Source of the DNA: a bacterium
GTDB lineage: Bacteria > UBA8248 > JACPRG01 > G963555815
Length of the DNA: 64,000 nucleotides
Assembly: GCA_965218795.1 (NCBI GenBank)
Contig: OZ244653.1
Location: 448,001-512,000 of the forward strand
Reading direction: 5' to 3'
Both the position numbers and the translations under genes were made by a program. Below the pieces are notes generated by a model. It did no database searches. It saw nothing but the letters and a program-made list of their open reading frames with translations, and was not told the origin of the DNA. Numbering within the stretch: position 1 is the first letter of the stretch; the number at the start of each line of letters is the position of its first letter. This document shows, piece by piece, positions 21,298 to 31,396 of this stretch.

Positions 21298-22161
21298 TTG
21301 AAACCTGAAAATATCATCGACATTCACACTCATATGGCATGGATGGAGAACAGCCAACCCGGATTCGTGGCGTTCATGGAGGCGACGATTGGCGAAAAAT
21401 ATCAACAGTTCATGGAGAGTCATCGGGAGCCGGAGACGTTTCTGCGGGTCATGGATGAAAACGGCATCGTCCGCGCCGTGGTCCTCGCAGAGTATTCCCC
21501 CGCAACCACAGGAATAGCCAGCCATGAGCAGTTGCTGGATTACTGTGCGGCTTCCAGCAGGCTCATCCCGTTCGCCAACGTCAACCCTTTCCTGTTTCAT
21601 CGTCCCGAGCGGGAGTTCGAGCGTCTTTTGAAGCTCGGAGTGAGGGGCTTGAAGCTCTGCCCAACCTATCAGTTTTTCTGTCCGAACGATCAGCTGTTGG
21701 CTCCGCTCTACCATGTGGCGCAAGAAGCCGGTGTGCCTGTCCTCGTGCACACGGGTACTTCGATGTTTCCCGGCTCCAGACTCAAGTATGGGGATCCATT
21801 GTTTTTGGATGATGTCGCCGTAGATTTCCCGGAATTGCGTTTAGGTATGTGCCATGGGGGAAGGGGATTCTGGTACGCGGAGGCGTTCGCGCTGTTGCGG
21901 TTTCACAAGAACCTGTTCATCGATATCGCCGGCCTTCCTCCGCAAAAACTGTTGGATTATTTCCCCGAGCTCGAAAGGTGCCCGGACCAATTCCTCTTCG
22001 GGTCCGATTGGCCGGGGCTCCCGAGGACGGTTGCCGAGAACGCGGAGGCGGTGGCCCGTCTGAAAATCTCCAGCGAGACAAAAGAGAAGATTCTTCGAGG
22101 CAACGCGCATCGATTTCTGGGCGGCGATTGCACTCAGTTTGGAACTGGATCAGGTGGCTGA
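21298..22161 (+). CDS. Amidohydrolase 2 family protein
   Basis: IIDIHTH, GLKLCP, VLVHTG, CHGGRG, LFGSDWP. Confidence 0.92.
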   Translation: MKPENIIDIHTHMAWMENSQPGFVAFMEATIGEKYQQFMESHREPETFLRVMDENGIVRAVVLAEYSPATTGIASHEQLLDYCAASSRLIPFANVNPFLFHRPEREFERLLKLGVRGLKLCPTYQFFCPNDQLLAPLYHVAQEAGVPVLVHTGTSMFPGSRLKYGDPLFLDDVAVDFPELRLGMCHGGRGFWYAEAFALLRFHKNLFIDIAGLPPQKLLDYFPELERCPDQFLFGSDWPGLPRTVAENAEAVARLKISSETKEKILRGNAHRFLGGDCTQFGTGSGG

Positions 22162-22749
22162 CCGGGCGGTCGTGTCGCCAATCCCTTCCAGCCGCAGCAT
22201 TCGATCTTTTGTAAGGATGCCGCCGGGTGCCGAAAACCCTCTAAGGTCCCCACGGGACCCAATGACCCGGTGTCACGGTACGACAAGAGGCACCGGATTA
22301 CCCGCCATGACCGCCCCGACCGCGCGCGACGCCTTGGGAGAGCCTGCGAGAGCTGCCACTTGGCCGTACGTCCGGATTTGTCCATAGCCGATATTTCTGG
22401 TAGCCGTCATCACCTTTTGGGAGAATTCCGAAAAGTCCGAGAGGTCGAGAGGGTAATCCATCTCCGCCGTCCCACCCTCAAAGTACATTTTCACTGAAGA
22501 ACCGATTTTCTTCAGCAGCGGCGTTGGTTCGCGCAGGAGAACCGCTCCAGCTTCCTCCAGCTTTGATTCGACCCGTTGCTGGCTGGATTCATGAAGAAAC
22601 AAGTACCTGAGGCCCTTGTCCGTCACGGCAGCACCGGCCCACCCAAAAGAGGTCTGGAAGGTGCCCCCATTCAACGAAGAGTGCAGGATTTTTGGACGGT
22701 CCGCTCTGGACGTGCCCTTCCGGTGAGCAACTCTTTTCGTATTTTGCAT
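22150..22749 (-). CDS. ogt: Methylated-DNA-protein-cysteine methyltransferase with selenocysteine at the active site (199 aa, U159)
   Basis: YGQIRTYGQVA...RAVGAVMAGNPVPLVVP-TGA-HRVIGSRGDLRGF..K..LRLEG. TGA at 22273-22275 replaces the Cys of PCHRV; the frame continues to a stop at 22150. Confidence 0.88.
22244..22260 (-). promoter_or_regulatory. Putative bacterial SECIS hairpin of ogt
   Basis: GGGTCCC-GTG-GGGACCT stem-loop starting 12 nt after the UGA; the loop begins with G. Confidence 0.65.
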
Positions 22750-22868
22750 CGAAAACCCCCTCCTGGACCATAGGCATTGTGCTCAAATAAGCAATAGTGT
22801 ACAGTATTTTGTGGTCGGAAGGAAGTCGCAGAAACCATCGTAAATCATGCGAGGGTGACCGCAGCCGG

Positions 22869-23330
22869 ATGGGAAAAGGTCGAATTGCCATAGGGTCGGA
22901 TCACGCCGGATTCGAGTTAAAGGAAAAGATCAAAGAGTTCCTGGAGAGGCGCGGGGAGGTCGTTGTCGACTTCGGAGCGAATTCTCGCGAATCGGTTGAT
23001 TATCCTGATTACGGGCGGAAGGTTGCAAAGGCTGTCGCGAACGGCGAGGATGAGCTAGGGATTCTGATCTGCGGCACGGGTATCGGGATGAGCATTGTCG
23101 CGAATAAGGTGCCGGGCATCCGTGCCGCGTTGGTTCAGGATATTTTCACTGCGAAAATGGCGCGTGAGCACACCAATGCGAACCTTCTCGTTCTTGGGGC
23201 CCGTGTGGTGGACCCTGAGATCGCACCACAACTCGTGGGGACATGGCTCGATTCCCAGTTCCAGGGAGAGCGTCACAAGCGGCGGATCGACAAGATTGCC
23301 GAACTAGAAAAGGAGAATGGGACCCCGTGA
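22869..23330 (+). CDS. rpiB: Ribose-5-phosphate isomerase B
   Basis: [38 protein letters not shown]. Confidence 0.97.
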   Translation: MGKGRIAIGSDHAGFELKEKIKEFLERRGEVVVDFGANSRESVDYPDYGRKVAKAVANGEDELGILICGTGIGMSIVANKVPGIRAALVQDIFTAKMAREHTNANLLVLGARVVDPEIAPQLVGTWLDSQFQGERHKRRIDKIAELEKENGTP

Positions 23331-24592
23331 TCAACCATCGGCCCGTTGAAGATATCGACCCTGAAATCGCAAAGATCATCGAACTGGAACAGCAACGCCA
23401 GGAGGAAAGCCTCGAACTCATCGCATCCGAAAACTTCACCAGTGCCGCTGTGATGGAAGCGCAGGGCTCTGTGCTCACGAACAAGTACGCCGAGGGTCTC
23501 CCCGGACGCCGATATTATGGCGGTTGTGAGTTTGTAGATCAGGCCGAGAACTTGGCGCGGGAACGCGTCAAATCGCTGTTCGGGGCCGGCTATGCAAACG
23601 TTCAGCCGCACTCGGGCACGCAAGCGGTGACCGCCGGATATTTAGCGTTGATCAAACCCGGTGATACGATTCTGGGGATGAATCTTGCGCATGGAGGGCA
23701 TCTGACGCACGGCAGTCCGGTCAATGTTTCGGGAACCCTCTTTCAGGTCGTCGCATACGGAGTGGATCGGGAGACCGAAACCATCGATTTTGATGAGGTA
23801 CGCTCCAAGGCGAGGGAACATCGTCCCGCGATGATCGTGGTGGGAGCGAGCGCGTATCCTCGGCGGATCCCGTTCGATCGGTTCCGTGAAATCGCGGATG
23901 AGGTAGGGGCCAAGGTGATGGTGGATATGGCTCACATTGCGGGTCTGATCGCTGCGGATCTGCACCCCAACCCCGTTCCCCACGCCGATATTGTCGTCGC
24001 CACAACGCACAAGACATTACGGGGACCCCGCGGCGGGTTCGTCCTGACGAATCATGAAGACGTCGCCAAAGAGATGAACAAGAAGGTCTTTCCGTTCCTT
24101 CAAGGGGGCCCGCTGATGCACGTGATCGCGGCCAAAGCGGTTGCGTTTCAGGAGGCGTTATCGGAGGAATTCCGGAGTTATCAGCTTCAAATCGTGCGCA
24201 ACGCTGCAACGCTGGCCGAAGCCTTATTATCCCATGGGATCGATTTGATCTCCGGCGGAACTGATAACCATCTCATGCTCGTGGACTTGCGCAACAGCCC
24301 CGTAGACGGCAAGGCTGCGCAAACGGCTCTGGAGGCGGCGGGAATTACGGCGAACCGGAATATGGTTCCTTTTGACGAGCGGTCGCCTTTTGTCTCCAGC
24401 GGCGTCCGGATCGGCACGCCGGCCATCACCAGCCGGGGGATGGGTGAGGACGAGATGCGCGTCATCGCTGGATGGACCGCCGACATTTTGGGCGATGTCG
24501 AAAACACAGTCTTGAGGGAGAAAATCCGGGAAGGCGTCCGGGAGCTCTGCGGGAGATTTCCCCTGCATTCGAGGACCCACGCAACGGTTTGA
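23327..24592 (+). CDS. glyA: Serine hydroxymethyltransferase
   Basis: [34 protein letters not shown]; GTGA overlap with rpiB. Confidence 0.97.
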   Translation: MINHRPVEDIDPEIAKIIELEQQRQEESLELIASENFTSAAVMEAQGSVLTNKYAEGLPGRRYYGGCEFVDQAENLARERVKSLFGAGYANVQPHSGTQAVTAGYLALIKPGDTILGMNLAHGGHLTHGSPVNVSGTLFQVVAYGVDRETETIDFDEVRSKAREHRPAMIVVGASAYPRRIPFDRFREIADEVGAKVMVDMAHIAGLIAADLHPNPVPHADIVVATTHKTLRGPRGGFVLTNHEDVAKEMNKKVFPFLQGGPLMHVIAAKAVAFQEALSEEFRSYQLQIVRNAATLAEALLSHGIDLISGGTDNHLMLVDLRNSPVDGKAAQTALEAAGITANRNMVPFDERSPFVSSGVRIGTPAITSRGMGEDEMRVIAGWTADILGDVENTVLREKIREGVRELCGRFPLHSRTHATV

Positions 24593-24614
24593 TTCCATAT
24601 AGGAGAATGCATGA

Positions 24615-25139
24615 ATGAAGTGTCCCTCCTGCGGGTCGACGAACACACGAGTCATCGATTCCCGCCTCACCAAGGACGGGAACGCGGTTCGACGTCGGCG
24701 GGAATGCGAGCAGTGCGAGCGGCGATTCACGACGTACGAGCGCCTCGAGGAAGTGTTTCCGCTTCTGGTCAAGAAAGACGGCCGGCGCGAACCGTACGAC
24801 CGGAACAAAGTGGTTCTCGGGCTTCAAAAGGCATTGGAGAAGCGGCCGGTGAGCGCGGACGTCATCGAGGCCATCGCCGATCGGGTGGAACGGTTCATCC
24901 TGGAGACGGGAGAGAAAGAGACTCCCAGCGTGGCCATCGGGGAGCAGGTGATGAACGAACTGCGCGATGTCGACCACGTCGCTTACGTTCGATTCGCTTC
25001 GGTCTACCGATCGTTCAAGGACCTAGACGATTTTATGGACCAACTCAAAGAACTCTTGCAGGACCGCTCCGGGGACTACAGCGACGGCTCGGCCGACTTG
25101 GCGGCCCGACCCTCTGAGCGCTCCCTCTCCGCCTCCTGA
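24615..25139 (+). CDS. nrdR: Transcriptional repressor NrdR
   Basis: [32 protein letters not shown]. Confidence 0.97.
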   Translation: MKCPSCGSTNTRVIDSRLTKDGNAVRRRRECEQCERRFTTYERLEEVFPLLVKKDGRREPYDRNKVVLGLQKALEKRPVSADVIEAIADRVERFILETGEKETPSVAIGEQVMNELRDVDHVAYVRFASVYRSFKDLDDFMDQLKELLQDRSGDYSDGSADLAARPSERSLSAS

Positions 25140-25357
25140 GCCTCTACCGCATATCGCCCATCACTGTGTTTCTCATACCAGGCAGGCATTGAACTCCCCA
25201 AGGATGTCCTGCTTTTCTCCCGGCATCCGGATTTTTGCAATGATCAGACATCTTTATGACAAAATGCTCCCGGTTCGTGTCTACATTGATGACAGGAGAA
25301 GTATCGGAGACGTGAATTGAAAGAACAGGTTCTTCCGCGCCACCGGGGGCTTTGGAT

Positions 25358-25912
25358 ATGAACAGAAAACATTCAACTCGTTACTGGGTATTGGGAAGTA
25401 TCGGGTTGGCGCTTGCGCTGTTTGTGTTTTTTCCGATTCAGGCGAGAATCTCCGCCAATTCTTTGATTGGAAGTCCTGCACCCGCTATCAAGAGCACGGC
25501 ATGGATCAATTCGCCCGGCATCGATTGGCCATCGCTCCGCGGCAAGGTGGTCCTCATCGACATGTGGACCTTCGGGTGATTCAACTGCCGCAATGACGTG
25601 CCGCAGTTGGCGGCTTGGCATCGAAAATACGGGAAGCAGGGTTTGGTCATCATCGGAAATCACGCTCCCGAGTTCCGTTATGAGAAGAAGCTCGAAAACG
25701 TGCAGAAGGCAACCAGGGAGCTTGGGATTCAGTACGCCGTTTGCCTGGATAACGATTTCAAGAACTGGAAGGCATACCGCAACCGGTACTGGCCCACGAA
25801 ATATCTAGTCGATAAGAAGGGGATCCTGCGGTACTTCACGATTGGAGAAGGGAATTACTCATCGACTGAAATCATGATTGAGCGGCTCTTGGCGGAGACT
25901 CCGCAAAGCTGA
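25358..25912 (+). CDS. Membrane-anchored/exported thioredoxin-fold redoxin, UxxC selenoprotein (184 aa)
   Basis: LRGKVVLIDMWTFG-TGA-FNCRNDVPQL...IIGNHAPEF...NRYWPTKYLVDKKG. The two track ORFs are one frame split by TGA at 25577-25579. Confidence 0.9.
25582..25609 (+). promoter_or_regulatory. Putative SECIS hairpin of the redoxin
   Basis: CAACTGC-C-GCA-ATGACG-TGC-C-GCAGTTG stem-loop starting 2 nt after the UGA. Confidence 0.6.
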
Positions 25913-25997
25913 CGTGAATGAATGTGTGAGCCGTTCGGTGATTCGGCTTGCAGCTCTGAGTAAAAAAACATCCCGACGAGGAGAAAAGGCGCCTTCC

Positions 25998-26360
25998 TCA
26001 TCGGGATGTCTTGATTTTCCGCTTGGGGCGTTTTGAACTGCGGGCGTCCGACACCTGAGATCGGACGGCTTGTTTGGCCCAATCGGTCAGGCTCTCCGGG
26101 TCGTCCAGGATATCCGCCGGCACCTCGTAATAAGTCTTGAGGGTCATCTTCTCGCTGGGCCGGAACGGCGCCATTTCCTTCGCGAGGTATTGTTCCCGGG
26201 TGGTCGCGTCGGTCTTAAAGAACAATTGTCCATGAGAGATGATCCCGAAGAAGATTTCATCCTGGTAGACTCCGAAACCTCCAAACATCCTTCGGCAGCG
26301 GACCCCGTCCATCTTTTGCAATTGATCCTGAACGAACTCCTTGAAGGAATCACTGCTCAA
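25998..26360 (-). CDS. TfoX/Sxy N-terminal domain protein
   Basis: RRMFGGFGVY, FFGII, LFFKTD, YYEVPADILDD; TTG start with AAAGGA RBS. Confidence 0.88.
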   Translation of the reverse strand: MSSDSFKEFVQDQLQKMDGVRCRRMFGGFGVYQDEIFFGIISHGQLFFKTDATTREQYLAKEMAPFRPSEKMTLKTYYEVPADILDDPESLTDWAKQAVRSQVSDARSSKRPKRKIKTSR

Positions 26361-26391
26361 GCCGTCATTCCTTTGCGTGGTTCGAGCAGGG

Positions 26392-26754
26392 TTATGGGGC
26401 GGTTGGCGAAAGGATGCCGACGCAGTGGCCTTCCGGGTCGGTGAACATCGCGATGGATATCCCCGCATCCGGAATGGGGCACGGTTCCATCACCTTCTTT
26501 CCGCCGAGCGATTCCGCCTGGACCAGCGCGGCTTCCAGGTCTTCGACCTGGACATAGAAGGTGATGCCTCGTGCGCCTTCGTCATCATTGGCGTAAATGC
26601 CGCCGTTGATTCCGCCCTCTCCCCCTGTTTCAGCCATACCGTACTTCATTGAGTTATTGGAATCGATTTTCCATCCGAACATCTTTGCGTAAAAATTCCA
26701 GAGCTTGTCTGCGTCTGCGCCGGCGATTTCCCAGTGAATGACGGGCTGACCCAT
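26392..26754 (-). CDS. VOC/glyoxalase family protein
   Basis: PVIHWEI, FYAKMFGW, GINGGI, YVQVEDL, FTDPEG. Confidence 0.9.
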   Translation of the reverse strand: MGQPVIHWEIAGADADKLWNFYAKMFGWKIDSNNSMKYGMAETGGEGGINGGIYANDDEGARGITFYVQVEDLEAALVQAESLGGKKVMEPCPIPDAGISIAMFTDPEGHCVGILSPTAP

Positions 26755-26860
26755 TTTCCTCTCCTTTTCAATTTGTCGTGGTGAACCGGTATCACGGTGA
26801 TTGGCTTTCGGGAAGGGCGCGGATCCCTTACGGATTACATAGGAAACCATCCAAAGCCCG

Positions 26861-27105
26861 TCAAATAGCCCCGGATATATCCGAATGCCAGCACTCGGAA
26901 ACCCACAACAGGGGTTCGTGCATCAAGTCTGAAATGAAGGCATCTTCGATTCGCGCCTTATGCCGCAGAAGCCATCCAATCGGATTGGTCTGCTCGCGCG
27001 GGAGGCTTTGGCCAAGTCATCGTCCGACAAATCCTCCAAAGCCATTTGAACGATTCCGTCGCCCGAATTGAGGACGTATTCCACAATCCCGCCGGTAGCC
27101 GTCGT
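26861..27105 (-). pseudogene. DinB-family pseudogene
   Basis: Manual translation ALEDLSDDDLAK / frameshift / QTNPIGWLLRHKARIEDAFI...LWVSECWH; RBS GAAAGGAG is followed by ACG instead of ATG. Confidence 0.7.
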
Positions 27106-27175
27106 CGACTCCTTTCCCGGCCGCCTTTTCCCGGGAACTTGTGATCACACGCGAAGCTTTCCCGCCCTGATGGTC

Positions 27176-27625
27176 TTACAAATACCGACCGAGACGAGTA
27201 AGCGTCCCGTTCCATCCGTCCGAATGGGCTTGGCGCGCCTCCTCGTTGGGCAGCTGCTCGTGTGTGATTGAGACTTCCGTCTGCTCCCCGTCTTCACGGA
27301 ACTCGACGGTGACCAAGGTTTCGCCGATGTCCATTCCCCCTTCTACCCAGGACCAAGTGAAGACGAGTTTCTCGCCCGGCACGACCTCGCGATACGTCCC
27401 GGCGACCGTATTGTTGTTGCCATCCGGAGAGATGAGGACGAAGCGGTATTTTCCGCCGACCTTCGCGTCGACCTCGACCGACGGAATCTGGAAGTCGTCG
27501 TGCGGACCGAACCATTGCTTCAGCGCCTCCGGGTCCGTCCATGCTTCGAAGACCTTCTCTCGGGGCGCCGAAAAGGTCCGTTGAAACGTGACGGCATCAG
27601 CGGATCCGATGTTTCCTGTTGCCAT
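27176..27625 (-). CDS. SRPBCC/AHSA1 domain protein
   Basis: RTFSAPREKVFEAWTDP, VGGKYRF, KLVFTW, GWNGTL. Confidence 0.92.
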   Translation of the reverse strand: MATGNIGSADAVTFQRTFSAPREKVFEAWTDPEALKQWFGPHDDFQIPSVEVDAKVGGKYRFVLISPDGNNNTVAGTYREVVPGEKLVFTWSWVEGGMDIGETLVTVEFREDGEQTEVSITHEQLPNEEARQAHSDGWNGTLTRLGRYL

Positions 27626-27885
27626 CGTGGCACCTCAATTCATTTCTTTAGTTTGTGAGATACTCGCTTCGAATTTGGAGGGCCTGGTTTGTTACTCCGA
27701 GAAAGGGTCTTTCACTCCCTCATGGATACGGATCTTCACCGATAATCAACGAATTTACGATTTTCCCATGGGTTCGGTCCTCATCCTGGGACCGTCTCCC
27801 ACGGGATGAAGACCGCTCGTTCGAGCCCAACTTTTCCCTTTGAGACGTGCGTTTTTTCGGACACCCCTCTCGGGCCCTTTTCTCA

Positions 27886-28227
27886 CTAGGATTTCGATGA
27901 TCTCGTGGACTCGAGGTATTCCGCGAGGGCGCCCATCCGTCCTTCCCAGAATTGCCGGTAGCGTTGAATCCAGTCGTCCGCGTCTTTCATGGGTTTGGCG
28001 TTCAGCCGGCAAAGGCGGACGCGACCGTCCCGCTCTCGAGTCAGAAGACCAGCCGTCTCCAGAACCCGCAGATGTTTCGAAACGGCCGGAAGCGACATAT
28101 TGAACGGCTTGGCCAATACAGTGACGGAAGACTCACCGCGCGCCAGTCGCGCGAGAATTGCCCGACGTGTTGGATCGGCCAGCGCCGAAAAGGTCGAATC
28201 CAATGTCTTGGAAGAATACTTAACCAT
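27886..28227 (-). CDS. ArsR/SmtB family regulator
   Basis: FSALADPTRRAIL, SLPAVSKHLRVLE. Confidence 0.92.
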   Translation of the reverse strand: MVKYSSKTLDSTFSALADPTRRAILARLARGESSVTVLAKPFNMSLPAVSKHLRVLETAGLLTRERDGRVRLCRLNAKPMKDADDWIQRYRQFWEGRMGALAEYLESTRSSKS

Positions 28228-28262
28228 ACGGTTAAGTATAGAGCCGGTTGAGAATTTGTCAA
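28216..28262 (-). promoter_or_regulatory. Leaderless sigma70 promoter with palindromic operator
   Basis: TTGACA-16-TATACT-7-ATG; ATACTTAACC-GTAT-GGTTAAGTAT palindrome (28216-28239) covers the -10 box and ATG. Confidence 0.8.
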
Positions 28263-28486
28263 GAAAATATTATAGAAAGTCCATTCTTCTGCCAATGAAG
28301 CGCCTGAATGCGTTCTAGTACTATAACTATTTATTTTTATTCACTTATTTCAGTTCTTCTCCTGTTTCCAGCCCCTTGCATTCCCGCCATGTTTGTGCTC
28401 AAGTACGCACCGAGTTGATGCCGGTCATATTCGTTTTGATTACGGACTTGCACACCGATTGCCATCGTATAAAGGCAAGGAGGACC

Positions 28487-29671
28487 ATGCCCAGAAGAAG
28501 CGAACTCAGGATCACCAAACGCACCGTGGATGCGCTCACCGTCGAAGCCGAGGATGCCGTCTTCTGGGATCGGGACCTGGCCGGCTTCGGGGTGCGGGTC
28601 CATGCCACCGGCCGCAAGGTCTACGTGGTGCAGTCCCGGGGGCCGACCGGGCCGAAGCGTGTGACCCTCGGGCGTCATGGGGACCTGTCGACCGATGAGG
28701 CGAGGAAGCGGGCGGCCGTTGTCATCGACCGCATCAAGCGGGGGGAGGACCCCGTGCCCGCGCCGCCCGAACCGGAGCTCACAGTGTCCGAACTGTCCGA
28801 ACACTTCATGCGCGTCCATGTCAAGGTGCATTGCAAGCCGAGCACGGCCGCCAAGTATCGATTGGTACTCGACAAACACATCTTGCCGGTGCTGGGCGGG
28901 ATGTCAATCAGCGAGGTCGGACGAGGGGAGATTGCGGCGCTGCATCACCGGCTCCACGACACACCTGCAATGGCCAACGGGACGGTCAATATCCTGTCGA
29001 AAATGTTCTCGCTGGCCGAGGCGTGGGACCGGATACCGCCCGGCCGGAACCCGTGCCGGTCGGTGCGCCGTTACAAAATGCGGTCGCGCGAGCGGTTTCT
29101 GACGCCGGAGGAGTTCCGGCGCCTGGGCCGTGTATTGAGGGATGCGGAAACGGACGGCTCGGTGTGGCCGCCGGCGATTGCGGCGCTTCGCCTGCTGATG
29201 TTGACCGGATGCCGGAAGAGCGAGATCCTGACGTTGCGTTGGGACGATGTGGACCGCACGGCGGGCGAACTGAGGCTCAGGGAGGCCAAGTCGGGCCCGC
29301 GCATGGTTCCCCTGACCATGCCTGTGCTAGCGGTGCTCGACGGCATTCCCCGTATCGACGGCAATCCCTGGGTGATTGTGGGCCGGAAGCCGGATTCCCA
29401 CCTGCCTGACCTCCAACGCTACTGGATGCGGATTTGCGAACGCGCCGTACTTGATGACGTTCGGATCCACGACATCCGGCACTCCTATGCCTCGAGGGCC
29501 CTGGCGCTTGGCGAGGGCCTACCCACGATCGGCAAGCTGCTCGGTCACAGGAAGGTGTCGACCACGGCGCGGTACGCACACCTGATGCGGGATGCGGAGA
29601 AGGTCGCGGCCACCCGGGTGGGCGACAGCATCGGGGCCCACATCGGGCCGCGGAGCACCGAGGCAGCATGA
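28487..29671 (+). CDS. Tyrosine integrase with N-terminal arm-binding (DUF4102-like) domain
   Basis: FWDRDLAGFGVRV; catalytic residues in TGCRKSE, HDIRH, LLGH, RYAH; RBS AAGGAGG. Confidence 0.95.
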   Translation: MPRRSELRITKRTVDALTVEAEDAVFWDRDLAGFGVRVHATGRKVYVVQSRGPTGPKRVTLGRHGDLSTDEARKRAAVVIDRIKRGEDPVPAPPEPELTVSELSEHFMRVHVKVHCKPSTAAKYRLVLDKHILPVLGGMSISEVGRGEIAALHHRLHDTPAMANGTVNILSKMFSLAEAWDRIPPGRNPCRSVRRYKMRSRERFLTPEEFRRLGRVLRDAETDGSVWPPAIAALRLLMLTGCRKSEILTLRWDDVDRTAGELRLREAKSGPRMVPLTMPVLAVLDGIPRIDGNPWVIVGRKPDSHLPDLQRYWMRICERAVLDDVRIHDIRHSYASRALALGEGLPTIGKLLGHRKVSTTARYAHLMRDAEKVAATRVGDSIGAHIGPRSTEAA

Positions 29672-30885
29672 GGCTGGATCCGGACATGGCGAAGCTAGCA
29701 TACAAGACGCTCTCGAACCGAACGGTCGAGAAGCTGAAGGTCGAAAAAGACACGGTGTTCTGGGACCACGAGCTCACCGGCTTCGGGGTGCGGGTCTATC
29801 CCACGGGCGGCAAGGTCTATATCGCCCAGGCCCGGGGACGGGGGGGACCGAAGCGGGTCACGGTGGGCCGGCACGGAGTGCTCGGCGCGGAGCAGGCGCG
29901 TCAGAGGGCGGCCTTGATCATCGCCCGGGTCAAGGCGGGCGAGGAGCCGGTGCCCGAGCCCATGGCGGTGAAGCTGTCCGGAGGACCGACCGTGGGCGAG
30001 CTTGCGAGGCGATATCTCGAAGAGCACGTGGCAGTGCGCTACAAGCCGAGTTCCGTGGCATCGACCCGCACGGTGGTCCATCGGCACATCGTGCCCACCC
30101 TCGGCAAGCTGCCGCTTGCGGCGGTCAGTCGCGCACGGGTCATGGAACTGCATGACGAACTCTGCAAAACCCCTGCGATGGCGAACATGGTGGTCCGCAC
30201 CCTGTCGCTGATGTACAGGCTGGCCGAGGGTTGGGGACTCGTTCCGGAGGGTTGTAACCCCTGCCGGCTGGCGGTCAAGTTTCCCGAGCGCAAGCGGGAA
30301 AGGTTTCTGACCGATGGAGAGTTCACCCGCCTGGGAAAGGTGCTGGATGGGGTCGAGACCCGGGGCGGCGCGTCGGCATCCGCGGTGACCGCTCTCCGTC
30401 TGCTCATGCTGACCGGATGCCGGAAGAACGAGATCCTGACCCTGCGCTGGGAGGACGTGGCGCTGGAACTGAACGAATTGAGGCTGCCCGACGCGAAGAC
30501 GGGCGCACGGGTGGTTCCCTTGTCGCCCTCGGCAATGAAGCTTCTTTCCGGTCTGCCTCGGGAACCGGGCAACCCGTGGGTCATTCCCGGGCGGAAGCCG
30601 GGTACGCACATGAGCAACGTGGATCAGGCCTGGCAGGCCATCCGGGCGCGGGCCGGCCTGGAGGACGTCCGGATTCATGACCTGCGTCACAGCTTCGCGT
30701 CCAGGGCCCTGGCACTGGGGGAGAGCTTGCCGATGATCGGCAAGCTGTTGGGCCACAGCCAAGTGGAGACCACGGCCCGGTACGCCCATCTGGCGCGGGA
30801 TTCGGTGCAGGAGGTCGCGGAGCGAATCGCCGACAGCATCGCGGTCGACGTCCTGGGCGAAGGCTGGAAGCAGGCTTCCGGATGA
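29668..30885 (+). CDS. Second tandem tyrosine integrase, same family
   Basis: FWDHELTGFGVRV, TGCRKNE, HDLRH, LLGH, RYAH; ATGA overlap with the first. Confidence 0.95.
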   Translation: MRLDPDMAKLAYKTLSNRTVEKLKVEKDTVFWDHELTGFGVRVYPTGGKVYIAQARGRGGPKRVTVGRHGVLGAEQARQRAALIIARVKAGEEPVPEPMAVKLSGGPTVGELARRYLEEHVAVRYKPSSVASTRTVVHRHIVPTLGKLPLAAVSRARVMELHDELCKTPAMANMVVRTLSLMYRLAEGWGLVPEGCNPCRLAVKFPERKRERFLTDGEFTRLGKVLDGVETRGGASASAVTALRLLMLTGCRKNEILTLRWEDVALELNELRLPDAKTGARVVPLSPSAMKLLSGLPREPGNPWVIPGRKPGTHMSNVDQAWQAIRARAGLEDVRIHDLRHSFASRALALGESLPMIGKLLGHSQVETTARYAHLARDSVQEVAERIADSIAVDVLGEGWKQASG

Positions 30886-31190
30886 TGCACGTCCATGCCC
30901 TGACAGGATACCCTGCGGTCGGGCCGGACATCACTCCTCGCGCAGAGACCCTTGAGAAATGGTCCGTGAGTTGCTTGGCGAAACCTCGCGTGGCTCCATG
31001 GTGGAGTTGCCCCATGTCCGGAGGAGGCTGTGCAGATCTCGGAAGCGGCGGCAAGCGTGCCAGGGCAGGTCATCCAGTCTGACAAACTGTAATAAAATAG
31101 TTTATTTTCCGCCCCTATACTCAATATAACATACTGAAATTAAATGAATTTTAGATAATTGATTTTGTGGAGCCAGTACAATTTTACCAA

Positions 31191-31211
31191 ATTGGGAATC
31201 TATTGGGAATC
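31191..31211. repeat. Direct repeat ATTGGGAATC x2, possible integrase arm-type sites
   Basis: attgggaatc-t-attgggaatc in an AT-rich spacer downstream of the integrases. Confidence 0.45.
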
Positions 31212-31396
31212 AAATGAAAAGCACTCACAGCGCATGCCTGTCGCAGACATAGTCATGCAATCAATGGATCCGCCTAGTGAAGGCATCGCCCCGGTGCATG
31301 GTCCTCGCCAGAGTAAACGCGTGACTCACGGCTTCATGATCTTTGTCATTCGTATGCCAGCCGCGCACTGGCGCTTGGTGAGAGCTTGCCGATGAT

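Noticed and set aside
31085-31112. Xer dif-like site AACTGTAATAA-AATAGT-TTATTTTCCGC
   Set aside because: It has the ATAA-N6-TTAT core, but the outer arms match XerC/XerD consensus poorly and the region is AT-rich.
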